Part shown: in pieces, positions 46,834 to 59,698 of the stretch
Layout: each line of letters begins with the position of its first letter
How positions within the stretch are numbered: the first letter of the stretch is position 1
NCBI GenBank assembly: GCA_009602725.1
Contig: WELB01000003.1
Span: 475,457 to 539,456 of the forward strand
Reading direction: 5' to 3'
Source: Spirogloea muscicola
Lineage: Eukaryota
Length of the DNA stretch: 64,000 nucleotides
Made by a program: the position numbers and the translations under genes
Notes under the pieces: generated by a model
Told to the model about the DNA's origin: nothing
Database searches by the model: none
Seen by the model: only the letters and a program-made list of their open reading frames with translations

Positions 46834-49800
46834 ATGGCCGACGACGACGCCTCCGCCCCAGCGGCGCCCGCCGCCCCCGCCGGTGAGCGCTCCATCGAAG
46901 CCGTCTCCTCCGCCGCGCCGTCTCCTCCTCCGTGCCGCGCGCGGTGTTGCGGCGGCGATGGTGGCGGCTCCGTCGGCGGCGTTCGCGGGGCTCGTCAGCG
47001 GGCTTTCCGCGACGTCTCCCAGCTGCACTCCCGCCGTCTCACGGCTGCACGGCGTCCAGCAACTCCGCGCGTTCCGACGTTAGAAGCTGACATGCGAGCG
47101 AGGCCTTGGCCGCCATGGTCGTCCCATGACAGAGCCGGCGGCGGTGCCAGCACAGTCCGTCTCAGAAGCGGCAGCGGCGGAGCCGCCGACGAAGGCCAGC
47201 CCCTTCGCGCCGGCGCCCGCGCCGATCCGCGCGGACCAGGTCGAGAACGCCGTTAACTTCCTTTCGCACCCCAAGGTGCAGGGCTCGCCGGTCAAGTACC
47301 GGCGGTCGTTCCTGGAGCGCAAGGGCCTGACGCCGGCGGAGATTGACGAGGCCTTCACGCGCGTGCCTGTGAGACCGCCACCTTATCCACAATCTTCGCT
47401 TCTGTTGTCCCTAAACAGGACATCACAATCCGTCTGCCATTGTCAGATTCGCCTAAGCTCGTCACTGCAGTTAATCAGCATTAGTCTTCACGGCCTTCGT
47501 CTTGTCCAGTTATAGTTACTGCAGACTTCTCAGTCCTGTTTTATTGTAGTTGCATCATAGCATGTCATTGTCCACTTTCAGCAGCTTCAGCTTCCCATGG
47601 GGGAGCCTGTGAGTGTCTTGGGCTCGCTCGGTGGGGCTCATTCAATAACCTAACCCCTGTGGGCCTGTAGGACGCGCCGTTCACCACTACGACCACAACC
47701 ACCACAACCACCACGCCGGAGTCAACATACACGCAAGCAGCTCAACAGCAAGCAGCGCCGCAGCTGCAGCAGCAGCAGCAGCAGCCGACTCAGCAGCATC
47801 TGGCACCCGGTCAGCAGCTGGTGGCTGGGCAACCTACTGTCCCTGGCACCACACTTGTGCCTGCTACTCCTACTCCTGCCGTTGAGCGACCGGTGAGATG
47901 GACACAGATGGTCTTGGCACTGGGCATCCTGAGTGCTGCTGGAGCTGGAACCGCGATTGTTGGCCAGGTGCATATTCCCATAACTGTTCTGAGCAGCTAG
48001 CAGTAGTCTTGGGCTATTATCGTTTTACTTTGCTTAGCTCTTGAGAGGTTGCTGCATGTGTTGCTCGGTGGGTCTCCATTTGGTGTTGTTCGCAGCACGA
48101 GAGTTACCTTCTTCATACTGTCAGAGTGGCATGTAAGGCTTCAATCATGCAGCGTGCTGCTGACCCATTTGCTTCTTGCTTTTGCTGCAGAGGCTCATAC
48201 TACCCCGCTTGAAGTCGTGGCTGCGAGCTCTTATTTTGGATGACTCACATGGAAAACAGTTGATAGATGGGAGTCCTGCTCCTAAGGTCCTGACTCCTGC
48301 TGAGCAGGCTGCTCAATCAGCCGCTGCAGCAGCAATGAGCACTGCTGAAGCTGTGAGGGAGCTGTCTGCTGCAAGATTTGACGGTGTGTGGCTGCACCAT
48401 TGTGCAGGCCATTACTCGGCTAAAATTATGCAAAACGTGCAAACTGCAAGTCACGTGATGTGTTTCTCAAATATGTCAGGCATAGCACTTGAATTTGTCG
48501 CAGACATGGTGTAGGTCCGAACAATGCACCATCTGCTACATCCTCGGATGTCTCTGGTCTCAAATTTGTTGCCTGCTGCAGACCGTCAGGTATTGGCCAA
48601 GCTTGTCAAGGCTTTGGAGGTACAGACACTGGAGGTGAAGAGTGCATTGGCCGGCATAAAGGAAGCCCCTCGCATTCCTGCAGAGGCAAGTCTGACAATT
48701 GAAGATTTGAGACAAGGTAATGGCAGCATGGGCTTGCAAGCCGTTTTGGGCAGCATCATGCTCTTGGCCCATCTGGCCCATGAGCTATCTTTGTAAGCCT
48801 CAGATTTAGTGACTTTGAATGTCACAGAGCTGAGGCATGTGCGCAACGGTCTGGCTGAAGTGGGCAGTACACCAACATATCAAAAGCAGCCCGAGCAACC
48901 TGGCCTCGACAGTATTCAAGCCCAGCTTGCGCAAGTCAAGGAGCTCTTGCTTAGCCAATCAGCAGCGGCTACTCCGACACCGCAAGTTGGCGGAGCTCAT
49001 GAGATACCAGCAACTGGTAGTCTTGGGCCTCTCAAATTTGCCCCTACAAGCGCGACCGCTGGTACAGGTGCTTTAGATGGTCAGGTGTGTGTGCCTGAAA
49101 GGCTCTGTGCTTTGCTCAATAAAATCCAAATAATAGTATAAATGCTGCTGCTACCCTTGACAAGTTGCAAAGATGGAGATTTGGAAGCAGTTGGGTGCAG
49201 ACTGAATAAAAAGGAGCACAACTTGCCCTGTGCTAGAGTGGTTGCAAAGACAATTAGGCCTGAATGCAGGTCCCTGGTCTGCAGCTGCCGCAGGTGTTTG
49301 AAGCAGCAAGGTCGGCGGCACCTCCAAAGGGGCAGAGTCCAGTTGCTGGTAATGGGATAGCCCCCTCCTGTCACACCAGGGGTAACATCATACAGAGACC
49401 TGTAACAAACTTTGAGCAATTGATCAGATGACCAGTGTTGTAAGGGCTGGCCTCTTGGTGAGGATGTATTATTCACTCTTGATGTGGTGAGTGCTTCTGA
49501 CCATGTGATCTGTATCTTCGTCAACCGTCTTCTGAGTGCAGGGGAGGCCGCACATCCTCAGTCATACCTTGAGGTCCTTGACTTACAACTTGGACCATCC
49601 ACTAGCACTTATTTGCACGCCCTTTCAGATTGCATCTCAGACACAGCCTTCTTTGGTGTTGTACTATTGAAACAAGTTTTTGACACCAAGAGGTGTCGTT
49701 GGCTGGAATGACAACTTGCCTTCCAACACGATTTCAGGTCCTAGAGATGGTCCAGCGAGGAGAGAGGCCTCCAGGCATCCGGGTAAGGAACACACGCTGG

Positions 49801-50871
49801 CACTTATCTAACTTCCTTCATCTCTTTTGCCAAGGCATATCTTTGGATGTTGTTTGCAATCTACTAATGATGCAGCAGCTATTGCTGTGACACTCTCTGT
49901 GGTGTACCTGTGACAGGAGATCAATGACAAGCCACCCAACCCTGGGCAAGTGCCTTCTAGTTCCCGCATGAGACCACCGCTTAAGGTTGGTTAGTGGATG
50001 AGTAGTGGCATGCATGCAAGACAGAGCAGTAGTTGCTTCTGTAACTCCTGTAGTGCTAGCTTGTGCACATCTGATATGAAGTGGAGCAAAAGCAGCTGGC
50101 TATTGATGTGCATTCATGGGTTAATAGAGCTGAGAGATGACCACTTTCTTCAGCCACTTTCCCAAAGCAATCCCTGATTCTCTTGCTGGACAGCCATGGG
50201 AGCAAGCGCAACCTCCACCGTACGCAGCCCCGCAGGCTTTTGAGCCCTCGACTGCCCCCGTCTACCACACAGGCTCCGCTACGGCCAGTCAGGCTGCAGC
50301 GCCCACTGTGAAGGTCGACGTTACTGCAACGACCATCTTGCCGGACGCAACGGCAGCTGATTTTACAGTCCCGTGGTGGCGGAGGCAGGCTGCATTGCAG
50401 GAGGCCGCCGTCAGACCCAGTGGCGTAACCATCACTGAGCTCGATCACTCTCAGGGAGGGCAGGTGGCTGCAGATACGCCCTTGTTTGGCACTCAGTATG
50501 CCGTTGCTTCAAACCCAAATCTGGGGCTGGCAGGGAGCGTCAGTGGCAGCGGCAGCGGCAGCGGCGGGGCACAAGAGGCTCCCGGCAGTGGCCGGCCCGG
50601 CTGGCGGCCTCCACCGGCCCCGCAGCCTCTGATGCCGGAGGCAGCTGCTGCGATCCACCATCGACGGGCCCAAGCTCAGCCTCCTGCTGCAGAGTACGCC
50701 GCAGATGAGCAAGAGCAGCACGTGGACCAGAGGGATGCTGCCCGGCAGGAGTCCGGCCAGCAGTTGCCTGTTGGTGGTACTACCGAGGTCGGAGAGGAGG
50801 CTGAGACATCCCGTGCTCAGCTTCATGGCGCCGAGCAAGGCGGAGAGGCACCTACACAGACCTACCAATAA
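46834..50871 (+). CDS. PEX14: Peroxisomal membrane protein PEX14
   Basis: Pex14_N motif IRADQVENAVNFLSHPKVQGSPVKYRRSFLERKGLTPAEIDEAF, TM segment RWTQMVLALGILSAAGAGTA, ILPRLKSW, HPQSYLE|VLEMVQRGERPPGIR|EINDKPPNP and C-terminal W.PPP.P...MPEAAAAI. Confidence 0.93.
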
Positions 50872-51567
50872 CATCGTCAAATTCAAGGCTTCTGTCATGC
50901 ACACAGTTCACAATGGTTTCATTGTAGCGTGCATGTGGATTAAGTCTTCGCTTGATACAGATACTTCGCAGCAGATTGCTGAACAGCGCATCAGAGGAAC
51001 CCCAATCTGCCACAACTATACATGTTGGGGCGGACTGTACAAATACATCGATGCAAAGTTGCTATTGGCTTGTTAGTTCGATGTGCTTGGCATGAATGGA
51101 CACTGTGACTAGCATTAAGGCTTAGCATTGCGAGATGCCGAGCCTGCATCACATGTGCCTCCGCTTGTCGCTTTCAGCTCCAAGATCCTCTATGACAATC
51201 TGCTCTGCTTGTAGTGAAGTGACAATTCCACCAAGCGAAGGTGCCGCAGCAATTAGAGAAAGCACTTAAGTGGCAGAATGAAGCTCGTATCCTGCACATG
51301 GAGCAGTGCTCCAGCCTGGTATCAAGACCCGTGTTGCTGCAATCGCAACCAGCACGAATGAAACCGCTCGACAATGGAACCAAGAGTTCATCAGTAAGCT
51401 AATTGTACAGGGCAAGAGGAATGTCAAAGATGTGAAATGGAAGCACCCAGTCATCAGCTGAAGACCGAATTGCCAAAACCATTTGGTAACAGAGGGGTGT
51501 CAAGCTGTGAAGCAAAGCCTCTGCAGAGCTAAGTGACCTGGCTTCTGCAGTGCACAATGTGCTGGGC

Positions 51568-52546
51568 TCAGAAATCTTCGTCTATGCGAAACTCCTGGAC
51601 ATCATATGGGTTGCGCGCGTGTAGTAGGGCCTGCATGGCCTCCTTGCTCTGCTGGCTTTGCTGAGACAGCGCGAGCAGAATGGCTTCCTTGGTTGCCCGC
51701 ACTTCCCGCAGGATCTCCTTGCCAAGGCTATCCGATGCCTCCTCCCTCAACTGAACTGCTGCAGCCTCACGCTTGCGTGTCTCCAGCAGCTCTTGGCAGA
51801 GGTCCGACAGGCCCTTGAGGCCGTAAAATTCAGCCTCGCACTTCAATCCCTGACAAGGGACAGATCTCAAAGTGATATCTCTCATACTTTGTGAATCACG
51901 ATGGAATTGAGCCTTAGCCAAGTTCGTGATTGTCAGACATTTCATGGTTGCACTTCGACGCAATTGCAGGTTGCTCAAATGCCTCTGACACTGGATGCTG
52001 AATGCAGGCTTGTGCAAATGGTGGCTTGCGGCTTACCTCGAGGTCACCCTCCTTGGTCAGGAACACCCGGCCAGTCCGGAGGTAATTCAGTACGTCGCCG
52101 AAAAGGCCGCCGTCGCGGTCAAGCCACACGACACCGCCTGGCTCGTCTGAGGCGCCGCTCTGCCAGCGCAGCACCCGGGCGGCCAGCATGGACTGGTGGT
52201 CGCGGGTGACCAGCGTGTCCGCCGACGTCTCGAACATCGTGCCCCCGACATTCAGGCGGACCGTCTCCCGCCGCCGCTTGGTGCGGGAGGGGCTTGTGGG
52301 TATTGCCTTCGCGGCTTGCCCGTCTCCGGCGGCCCTCTGGAAGAGCTGCCGCTGCAGCAGCAGCCGGCTTGGCGGCGGAGACCCACAGCGCTGCACGGGC
52401 AGCCGGAGGGAGGAGCGGCCCTCGGGCGTGCGAGGCTGCGGCGGCACGGCGGCGTTCGGCTCGGGGCCGTCCGGGCTGCCCATGGAGGTGTCGGCGTCGG
52501 GCCCGGCGGCGGCCTTGGGCCCCGCCGGCTCCTCCACGTCCCGCAT
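51568..52546 (-). CDS. BTB/POZ (KCTD/T1-type) domain protein
   Basis: TVRLNVGGTMFETSADTL....SMLAA...VWLDRDGGLFGDVLNYLRTG|GLKCEAEFYGL. An upstream exon is possible because an acceptor precedes the ATG. Confidence 0.85.
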
Positions 52547-54208
52547 CCGGCCTGCGCACCGAGAGACGACAGGTGATGGATAAAGCGGCTGCAGCATTGA
52601 TTGATCGTTTTGATCAGCAATTACTGTGCAATTAGATTCGTTTGAGTCCCCGGTTAGCTCGCCGTCACCCCACCATCGCCACGGCGACGGCGCTGTCAAA
52701 AAGGCTTCGCAGGTGCCTGGAAGGGCAGCTCGGCGGCAGGCTGCGCAGCCCACGAAGGCCATCCAAACGTCGCTGCCGCCGTCCCGCGACGGCGGAGGCG
52801 CCGCTCGAGGCGAGGCTGTCGCTCCTGCGACGGCGAGCGAGGCCGACTACTTGCGAGGCTTGCAGCTTCTGCGGCGTGGTGAGGCCCGCCGGCTCGGGCT
52901 TGCCTCTGCACAGTCGACAGCCTAAACGGCGCAGGCTCACCCCAGCCAGCCGCGCAGCCGCGGCACTGACAACGGCCCTGACGGCGACGGCGCCGCTGCG
53001 TTCAAGCTCTCGAGCGGCGGCGAGGGTGCCGAGCGCCGCTTGCGGCGGCGGGCCGGTGGCGAGCGAGCGAGCTCAAGGCCTGCCGCCGCCGAGGTCCGGG
53101 CCGCCCTCGGCTCCCGNGGCGGGGTGGCGGCGGCGACGGCGGCGGAGGCGGCGGGACCGGCGCCGCGGACCGCGGCGGGAATTGCGGCGCAGCGGGCGGA
53201 AAAGTGGGGTACCTGCAACGGTCGTGGGAGGGCCGGGATACCGCCTCGTTGAACGGCGCCAGCCGGCACGGCCCCTCCGTTCCGTCCGACGGCGGGTCCG
53301 TTAGGCCTCGGATGCTTGGCCTTGGAGGCCACCCCGGGCGGCACCGTGGCAGACCCGGCGCCCGGGCGCCTGGTCGCCCTGCCAGAAGGACATCGAAATC
53401 GAAATGTCGAAATCCATACTTTGGAGTAGTTGTTACCCTGCGCTGGAATAGGTGTTACCCCAAGCAGGGGGTGGCTTAGAACACGCGGCGGGAAGAATCT
53501 GCAGGCCGCTGCTGGCATGATCCGGTGACGGCGAGAATTTACTGAGCAGCCATGCTTGTTGGCTTGCTTTCCTGCATGGTATAAGTCTGTTGACTCGTCT
53601 GGACCGAGTCCGTTGCTCCGTGGGCCAGCATATCAAGCCCTCGCCCCCTTCAGTTTTTTGTTACAGACTTTGGCTCTCACATGGTTTCCAGCGTTCCAGG
53701 CTCTACTTAGACAAGAGCGTGCTGGGCGCAAAGTAACCCGGCCATTGGCTTGCGTGGTGGTGCTCCGGCTCCCCAGTCGGATAAGTATGTTCGCACTCGT
53801 AGGTAGTAGAGTCCCCCTTTGACTATAGCGTTCGTTCTGTCACCTTGGCCCCTCTTAGATTGTTCTTTGGCTTAAAAAAAAGAACGCACTGGCTTGCCTT
53901 CCTTCTTTCATCATGAGCTACGCGCGCCTTTTCTCTCTCTCTCATCATAAGCCATGTCAGTGTATGTCCAGGCCGGGAGCTCCTGGTGGTGTACTGGTTA
54001 GAGAATACTTGATCCCCGCGGCAGGAAGTATCAAGCATTGCGTTATAGCTATATTGGTGCAGATGTTTGCCTGAAACACCAATAGCTAGGTCTGGCGCCT
54101 CCTGGGACCATGAAGTAGTAAGAAGATGTCTGCGCAGCTCAATGACTTAAGCGGGCAATGTCCTTGATAAATATGTTGACATTTGGTACATTAGCTTATT
54201 AGGAAGTG

Positions 54209-55060
54209 CTAACGATTAGATGCTGTGCAACGCAGAAGCAAGAGACAACGTCGAGAGGCCAGCAGAAGTCTTCTCAAAGTGATAATTACAGGACTCTGGT
54301 GATCTACTCTCATATAGAGCATCCGTGTTATATGATACTTTGCGTGACAGCGGTAGACACTGTCATGATAAGGCAGGCATACGTGCATGCTTGCATCAAG
54401 TGCTTCTGGTCTTGCTCGTCGCAAATGCTTGAAGTAGACTTCTGGACGTGGATACACAGGCCTGGCCTTGACAATCATGTGCAGGCGGTTAGTCAGAGAT
54501 CGTCACACTTACACCTCTTCATCTGCCCGTTGCCCATTATCCAGATGTATGACGTTGAAGAAGGCGAATTTATCCATAAACAATAGAGTAAATTCACAAG
54601 CCCAGATCTGCTTTTGCTCATAAGTTGAGGTGGACATGAGGCCCTGTAGTTCACTAAAGTTAAGCATAGCACGGTTGCAGGCCTGGGTCGTGTAGATTAT
54701 GCACATGCCAAGGTGCTCCGAGGATCTGTAAGTTCAAACGCAATGGAAGCCTGAAAACATGAAGCTTATGCTGAGCAGCTGTTCTATGATGCGGTAAAGT
54801 CGGCAAGCGGCTTGGCAGAGCTGCCCAGGGGAGGGAGAAGGCCGAGGGACATCCGACTAGTGTCGTGCAGGAACGCTTCTTGAAAGCGCAAATCACACTC
54901 AGCTTGACGAACTGAAGCTCGTAAGATAGTAAGAAGTTGCTATGCAACAGCGCACAGTTGACGCAGATAAGTATAAGGAGTACATGCCTTCATGCAGTCA
55001 TGTGCGCCTTCTTGCAGCCTTCAAGCAAGGTTGCTACCATCAAGTCTTACTTCCGTAATT
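54209..55060 (-). mobile_element. Decayed integrase-like (HHCC + rve, Ginger2/KRBA2-like) transposon relic
   Basis: Minus-strand pieces with stops and frameshifts, in the expected order: VATLLEGCKKAHMTA*RH...HSNFLLSYELQFVKLSVICAFKK (HHCC-like), NFSELQGLMSTSTYE...FAFFNVIHLDNG (IHSDNG-like), MIVKARPVYP (GRPxHPQ-like). Confidence 0.45.
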
Positions 55061-56199
55061 TGACTGTCCAAGGTCGTGGCTCAATGACTGATCTTCTGAC
55101 AAGCTTTTGTTTGTGCTTGTGTGTGTTTGTGTCATTGGCAGACGCGATATGAAGTGCCTGAGCAAAATCAGACAAATGTAGCTCTCACAACGACTGTCAG
55201 TTGTCTCAGAGGCAGCCCATCAGCATGGCCGCCCGCAGTGAGCCATTCTTTTTGGCAGACCAAAACGCTCGAGTCCAGAACCAAATCTGACTGCCAGCTC
55301 ACACACTTTGCTCAGCGATCAGTGATAAAAAGTTGCTGACTTACCATGTGCATATTAAGAGACTCATTTGACAAATACGACTGTGCTTGCAGCAACAGAC
55401 TGCTCGGTCTGGCTCACGATGACCCTTCTGAGATTTGCAAGGCTAGCCGTAACATGTGTGTCATTTTCTGATCTGCTCGTACTCCATCGTGCATCAAGCC
55501 TAGCATGGCGTGTCTTGGCAGACACATTCTTGAGCCTTGTGGGCAGTGAAGTCTTTTTATTTTCAATTGCGCACATTGCATCCTCTGCCACGGGTACACA
55601 CAGGACACACGGATGTTGCTGAAAGCTGCTGAATGCAAGCTGAGGTTGCAGAGACATATTTGAAGCAGCTATCCCTCAAGGAATTTGGCCATCACGCGCA
55701 CTATGTCTCCCTCATGCACAGTCACATGAGAAACCGTGATGTGCAGAGAGAAGGTGCGAAGTTCGTATGTGATGAAAAAAGCCCACATCAAGCCGTACAT
55801 GTTCCAGCCAAAATAGTGCAAAGTATGGGGATACTCAAAGTGAAGCCCTTTGGGGGGCAAAGGTAATTGTGCGAAGCCGGCTGAAGAAGGGACTTGGGTA
55901 CCCACGGGTGAGCATGTGCAGAGCGCGAGCGCCCTGTAGGCAGTCGGTGGAGGATGCAGGAGCAACGCCCAGGGCGGGCAAGCCTGGGGCACGGGACGCG
56001 GCTGTGCTGCTTCCTTGCATCTTCGCATAACGTGACCGGCGGTGAGGCTAGTGTCCACGTGCAGTGATGCTGCCTGCAGTTGCCCCTGCGCGGGTGGCTT
56101 GCCGTGGTGGCTTGCCGTCTGGTTCCCACGATGGGTGGGCTTTGAGGAGCCGCTCCCGCCGTTGGGCCTGAGTGTTCCGAGCCCTTTCGCCATAATGTG

Positions 56200-56660
56200 C
56201 GCGGCGGGCTCGAGGGAGTTTCCAAAAGAGGGCGATGGCTGATTGGCCAGCCCAAGAAGACCTAAACCATGATACGAAGGGGCCAGAAAAGAAAGGACAA
56301 GGTCTGAAAGGAAGGACGGAAGGGCCAGATGGCGCAAGAAACAGATTAATAAGCGCTAAGCGGCTAAAGAAGAAACAGCTTCCTCCAATCAGAAGAATGG
56401 CGCGCCCTTAGAGGGGCTGGCCAAGCCAGCCCAAAAAACAATCTAAGGCGGTGGCTGTGAGAGGCCAGCCCAAAAGAAGACACAAAGCCCAAAAAGCACA
56501 CTGCGACTCAAGTGGCCACCAAGTGCTTAGCGTTGAGCAGCCGCAGGTCAGAATGGAGAAAAAGAGAGAAGGCGCGCGGTGCGCTTGAAATGAAAGAGTG
56601 GCCAATTCAAGACAATACATTGTTTAGACAAAAGCTAAGAAAAAGGAAAGGAAACTAGTC
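56200..56660 (-). repeat. Retroelement 3' UTR/terminal-motif remnants
   Basis: GGCGGTGGCTGTGAGAGGCCAGCCCAAAAG (56447-56476) and GAGAGAAGGCGCGCGGT (~56565-56580) recur at 28397-28428 and 63590-63695. Confidence 0.55.
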
Positions 56661-57299
56661 TCCGGGGGAGGCTCCTAAATCTCAAACCCCCTCAAAATCC
56701 GAAGTGGCCAAGGGGGGGGTCGGCGGAAGAGCCCAGGCCGGGCCCACACCCCGCGCCGCGTCTCGAAGCGGGCGGCTAAGAAATGCCACGGGGCCCACCG
56801 GCTGTCGGCCACTTGGGCGCCTTCCACCGGAACGGACAAGCGGCTGCCGGGCGCATCGGCGGCGGCGGGGGGGGGGCCTCCCCTCTCATCAAGAAGAGAA
56901 GGAAGGCATCCCGTCCGCCCATCTCCCCGTATGCCCCAGACGTCCCGAGTCGGTCGGGAGGGGGGGCTTTCCCAAAGAGAAGGCAAACAGCCCAAAGCCG
57001 AAGCCACCGCTGCCCAATGGGCTAGCCTCCCACTCGGACGTGGGGCCAAAGCGGGGCCGCCCGGGCCGGCCCCCTAAATACGGCGCACCGCGGAAGACGG
57101 CTTGGCGCGCACGTGCGCCGGCCTCTGAGATTCCCGCTGCGCGCCGAGTCGGCACGCACGGGCCCGCCGGCTCGGCGCGCGGCAGGCCAGGCCGGGGTTG
57201 GGTGGGCGCCGATCCCCGCCCCCCCCAGGCTGAGCCGAGGCTCAGCTCCGCCGCTCCCGTCTCTGCACCCTCTCTCCTCCCTCCCCATCTCGGCCTCCA

Positions 57300-57302
<3 letters not shown>

Positions 57303-57388
<86 letters not shown>
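57303..57388. repeat. (CT)n microsatellite abutting N-gap, upstream of expansin 1
   Basis: Pure CT dinucleotide run. Confidence 0.95.
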
Positions 57389-57930
57389 NNNNNNNNNNNN
57401 NNNNNNNNNNNNNNNNNNNNNNNNNNNNNNNNNNNNNNNNNNNNNNNNNNNNNNNNNNNNNNNNNNNNNNNNNNNNNNNNNNNNNNNNNNNNNNNNNNNN
57501 NCCCCCTTGGCCCAGCTGCGATCCCCACTAATACGAGCCAATCCGCCCAACCCAGCAAGTACACAGACCGTCCTGCACACCTCTTCCCTCACTTATCCCC
57601 CTACTGAGCCATTTGGCACCGCCACTGCCACCGCCGCCGCCGCCGCCGCCCCGCCGCCGCCGTCGCAGCTCGGCCTCTCCTCCGGCCCCTCCATCCCCTT
57701 CCCGTCAGGTCTGCTGCCCGCGCTGGCTATGGCCCCCTTGCCCACCTGCCTGTTGGGCAATCACTGGGAGCTTGCCTCGGCCGCACGAGCAGACGTCCGG
57801 GAACCGATCCTTCGTATTGGGCAGTCGACTGAAGGCATGAGCTCCAAGCGTGGCCCAGTGCTGATGCAGCTGTCCCTCTTGGCGATTCTGCAGAGGTCAG
57901 ATCGGGCGCTCGCCTTTTGCGGCAGCTGCG

Positions 57931-58761
57931 ATGGCCCACTCCGCTGCGGCGCTCTGCCTGGCCGCCGCGCTCGCCGCAGCTCTGCTGCTCCGGCCAGCCG
58001 ACGCCGCCAAGTCGCTGGACAGCTCCTGGAAGACTGTCACCGCCTCGTTCTACGGTGGCGCTGATGCGTCGGGCAACATGGGCGGCGCCTGCGGCTACGG
58101 CAACGACGTGTCGTCCACGTACGGACTGTACACAGCGGCGGCGTCCACGGCGCTCTACTCGGAGGGCCTCGCGTGCGGGCAGTGCTTCCAAGTGCAGTGC
58201 GCCAACTCCAAGGCCTGCATCGCCGGCAAGTCGGTCACCGTCACCGTGACCAACTTCTGCCCCAACAACTGGGCGCTGCCCAGCAATGCGGGCGGCTGGT
58301 GCAACTTCCCACGCCAGCACCTCGACATGTCGCAACCGGCCTTCACCCAGATCGCGCAGTACAGCGCCGGCATCGTGCCCGTCCAGATTCGCCGTGTGCC
58401 CTGCCTGCGGAGTGGCAGTATCGCCTTCGGCCTTGGCGGCAACACTTTCTGGCTCCAGGTCAACATACGCAATGTTGGCGGGTCTGGCGACATCAGCAGT
58501 GTCCAGGTGAAGGGCAACGGTGCATGGCTTACGATGGATCACGAGTGGGGTCAGAACTGGTCAGTAGACGCCAAGCTGGGTGGCCAGAGCCTCTCCTTCA
58601 GGCTCACCACCATGACCACCGGCGAGACGCTGGAGATTGACAACGCGGCCCCCTCAAACTGGCAGGTGGGCAAGACCTACCAGGCCGGCCAGTTTGGCAG
58701 CGCTGGCTCCTCCTCAAGCAAACAGAAAAAGACACCCAAGAAGAACAGGCGGCTCTTTTAG
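57931..58761 (+). CDS. EXPA: Alpha-expansin-like protein, intronless CDS
   Basis: Signal peptide, TASFYGGADASGNMGGACGYG, TAAASTALYSEGLACGQCFQVQC, VTVTVTNFCP, GGWCNFPRQHLDMSQPAF, RRVPC, NVGGSGDI and MDHEWGQNW, followed by a basic tail KQKKTPKKNRRLF. Confidence 0.96.
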   Translation: MAHSAAALCLAAALAAALLLRPADAAKSLDSSWKTVTASFYGGADASGNMGGACGYGNDVSSTYGLYTAAASTALYSEGLACGQCFQVQCANSKACIAGKSVTVTVTNFCPNNWALPSNAGGWCNFPRQHLDMSQPAFTQIAQYSAGIVPVQIRRVPCLRSGSIAFGLGGNTFWLQVNIRNVGGSGDISSVQVKGNGAWLTMDHEWGQNWSVDAKLGGQSLSFRLTTMTTGETLEIDNAAPSNWQVGKTYQAGQFGSAGSSSSKQKKTPKKNRRLF

Positions 58762-59698
58762 AAATTCTAGACCAGTTGTACACTAGTGGTCATGTGCCTC
58801 GCATGACCAGGGTGTGTGGAAGTGGTTAGGACGTGGGTTGAGTGTGTTAGAGTGTCAACCAAGCAGAGATGGCGTTTGTGGTTGAGGGGAAGCTTGCCCT
58901 CAGCAGCAACTTTTTGCAGCTGCGGCAAAGCTCAACAGCTGCTAGCAATGTAGACTGTTGCCATAGATGCTGCTCTTGGCAAGCTTCCAGCTGGGTGCTG
59001 CAGAAAGAATTTCTTTCTGAGTGCAGCACTGACATTTTAGTGCGGGAATACATAGTGCACTTTGCTGCCCAGAGTGTATCACCAAAGTGGTCATCACTGA
59101 GGCAGGCATGCAATACAAGTCCTCACTCAGTTAATCATCTGACTGTTTTGAACTTTTCAGCTAGATAAAAATGGCCTTCCTTAATCAATCAAGTATGCAA
59201 ATCTGAATCAAGCTTTTAATATCTGCAATATTCTGGCGGATAATTTGCAAACTGTGGTGAAAGAATGTTGAGGAAAATGGATACATCAAATTCATATTTC
59301 AGAAAACCACGTTTAATTAACTCAGTAGTGTACTGTTGCCACTGGCTGGAAATCCTGTTGAACAGTCTGGCAGCATGATGGGCTGTCTTAGTATTGTATC
59401 TATGCTGGCAAGTCAGAAATGCATGCAGCTTTGCTAAGGTACTCACTCGTACATGAGCCTCATAGCCTCTCCCTTCAAAGGGTGTGCCTGTTGTTGACTG
59501 TGCACAACGCTCTTTTGGCGAGTTGTGCTTGCTAATTGAAGTAAATGCATCCAAAAGATGGCTCTTCTAAACCTTGGCGAGACTTCAACTATTCAATATT
59601 ATACAAGTCAGTGCAAGCTCACTAAGGCTTGTCCTGAGAAATAAAGTTTGTGCAAGAGTGGCCATCTTCAGTAGTATCGATCATGATAGTAAAAATTG

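Noticed and set aside
52620..53520. Overlapping Arg/Ala/Pro-rich ORFs upstream of the BTB gene; similar ORFs at 56675-57300 and 61650-62690
   Set aside because: High GC content suppresses stop codons in all frames, and no domain signature was recognised.
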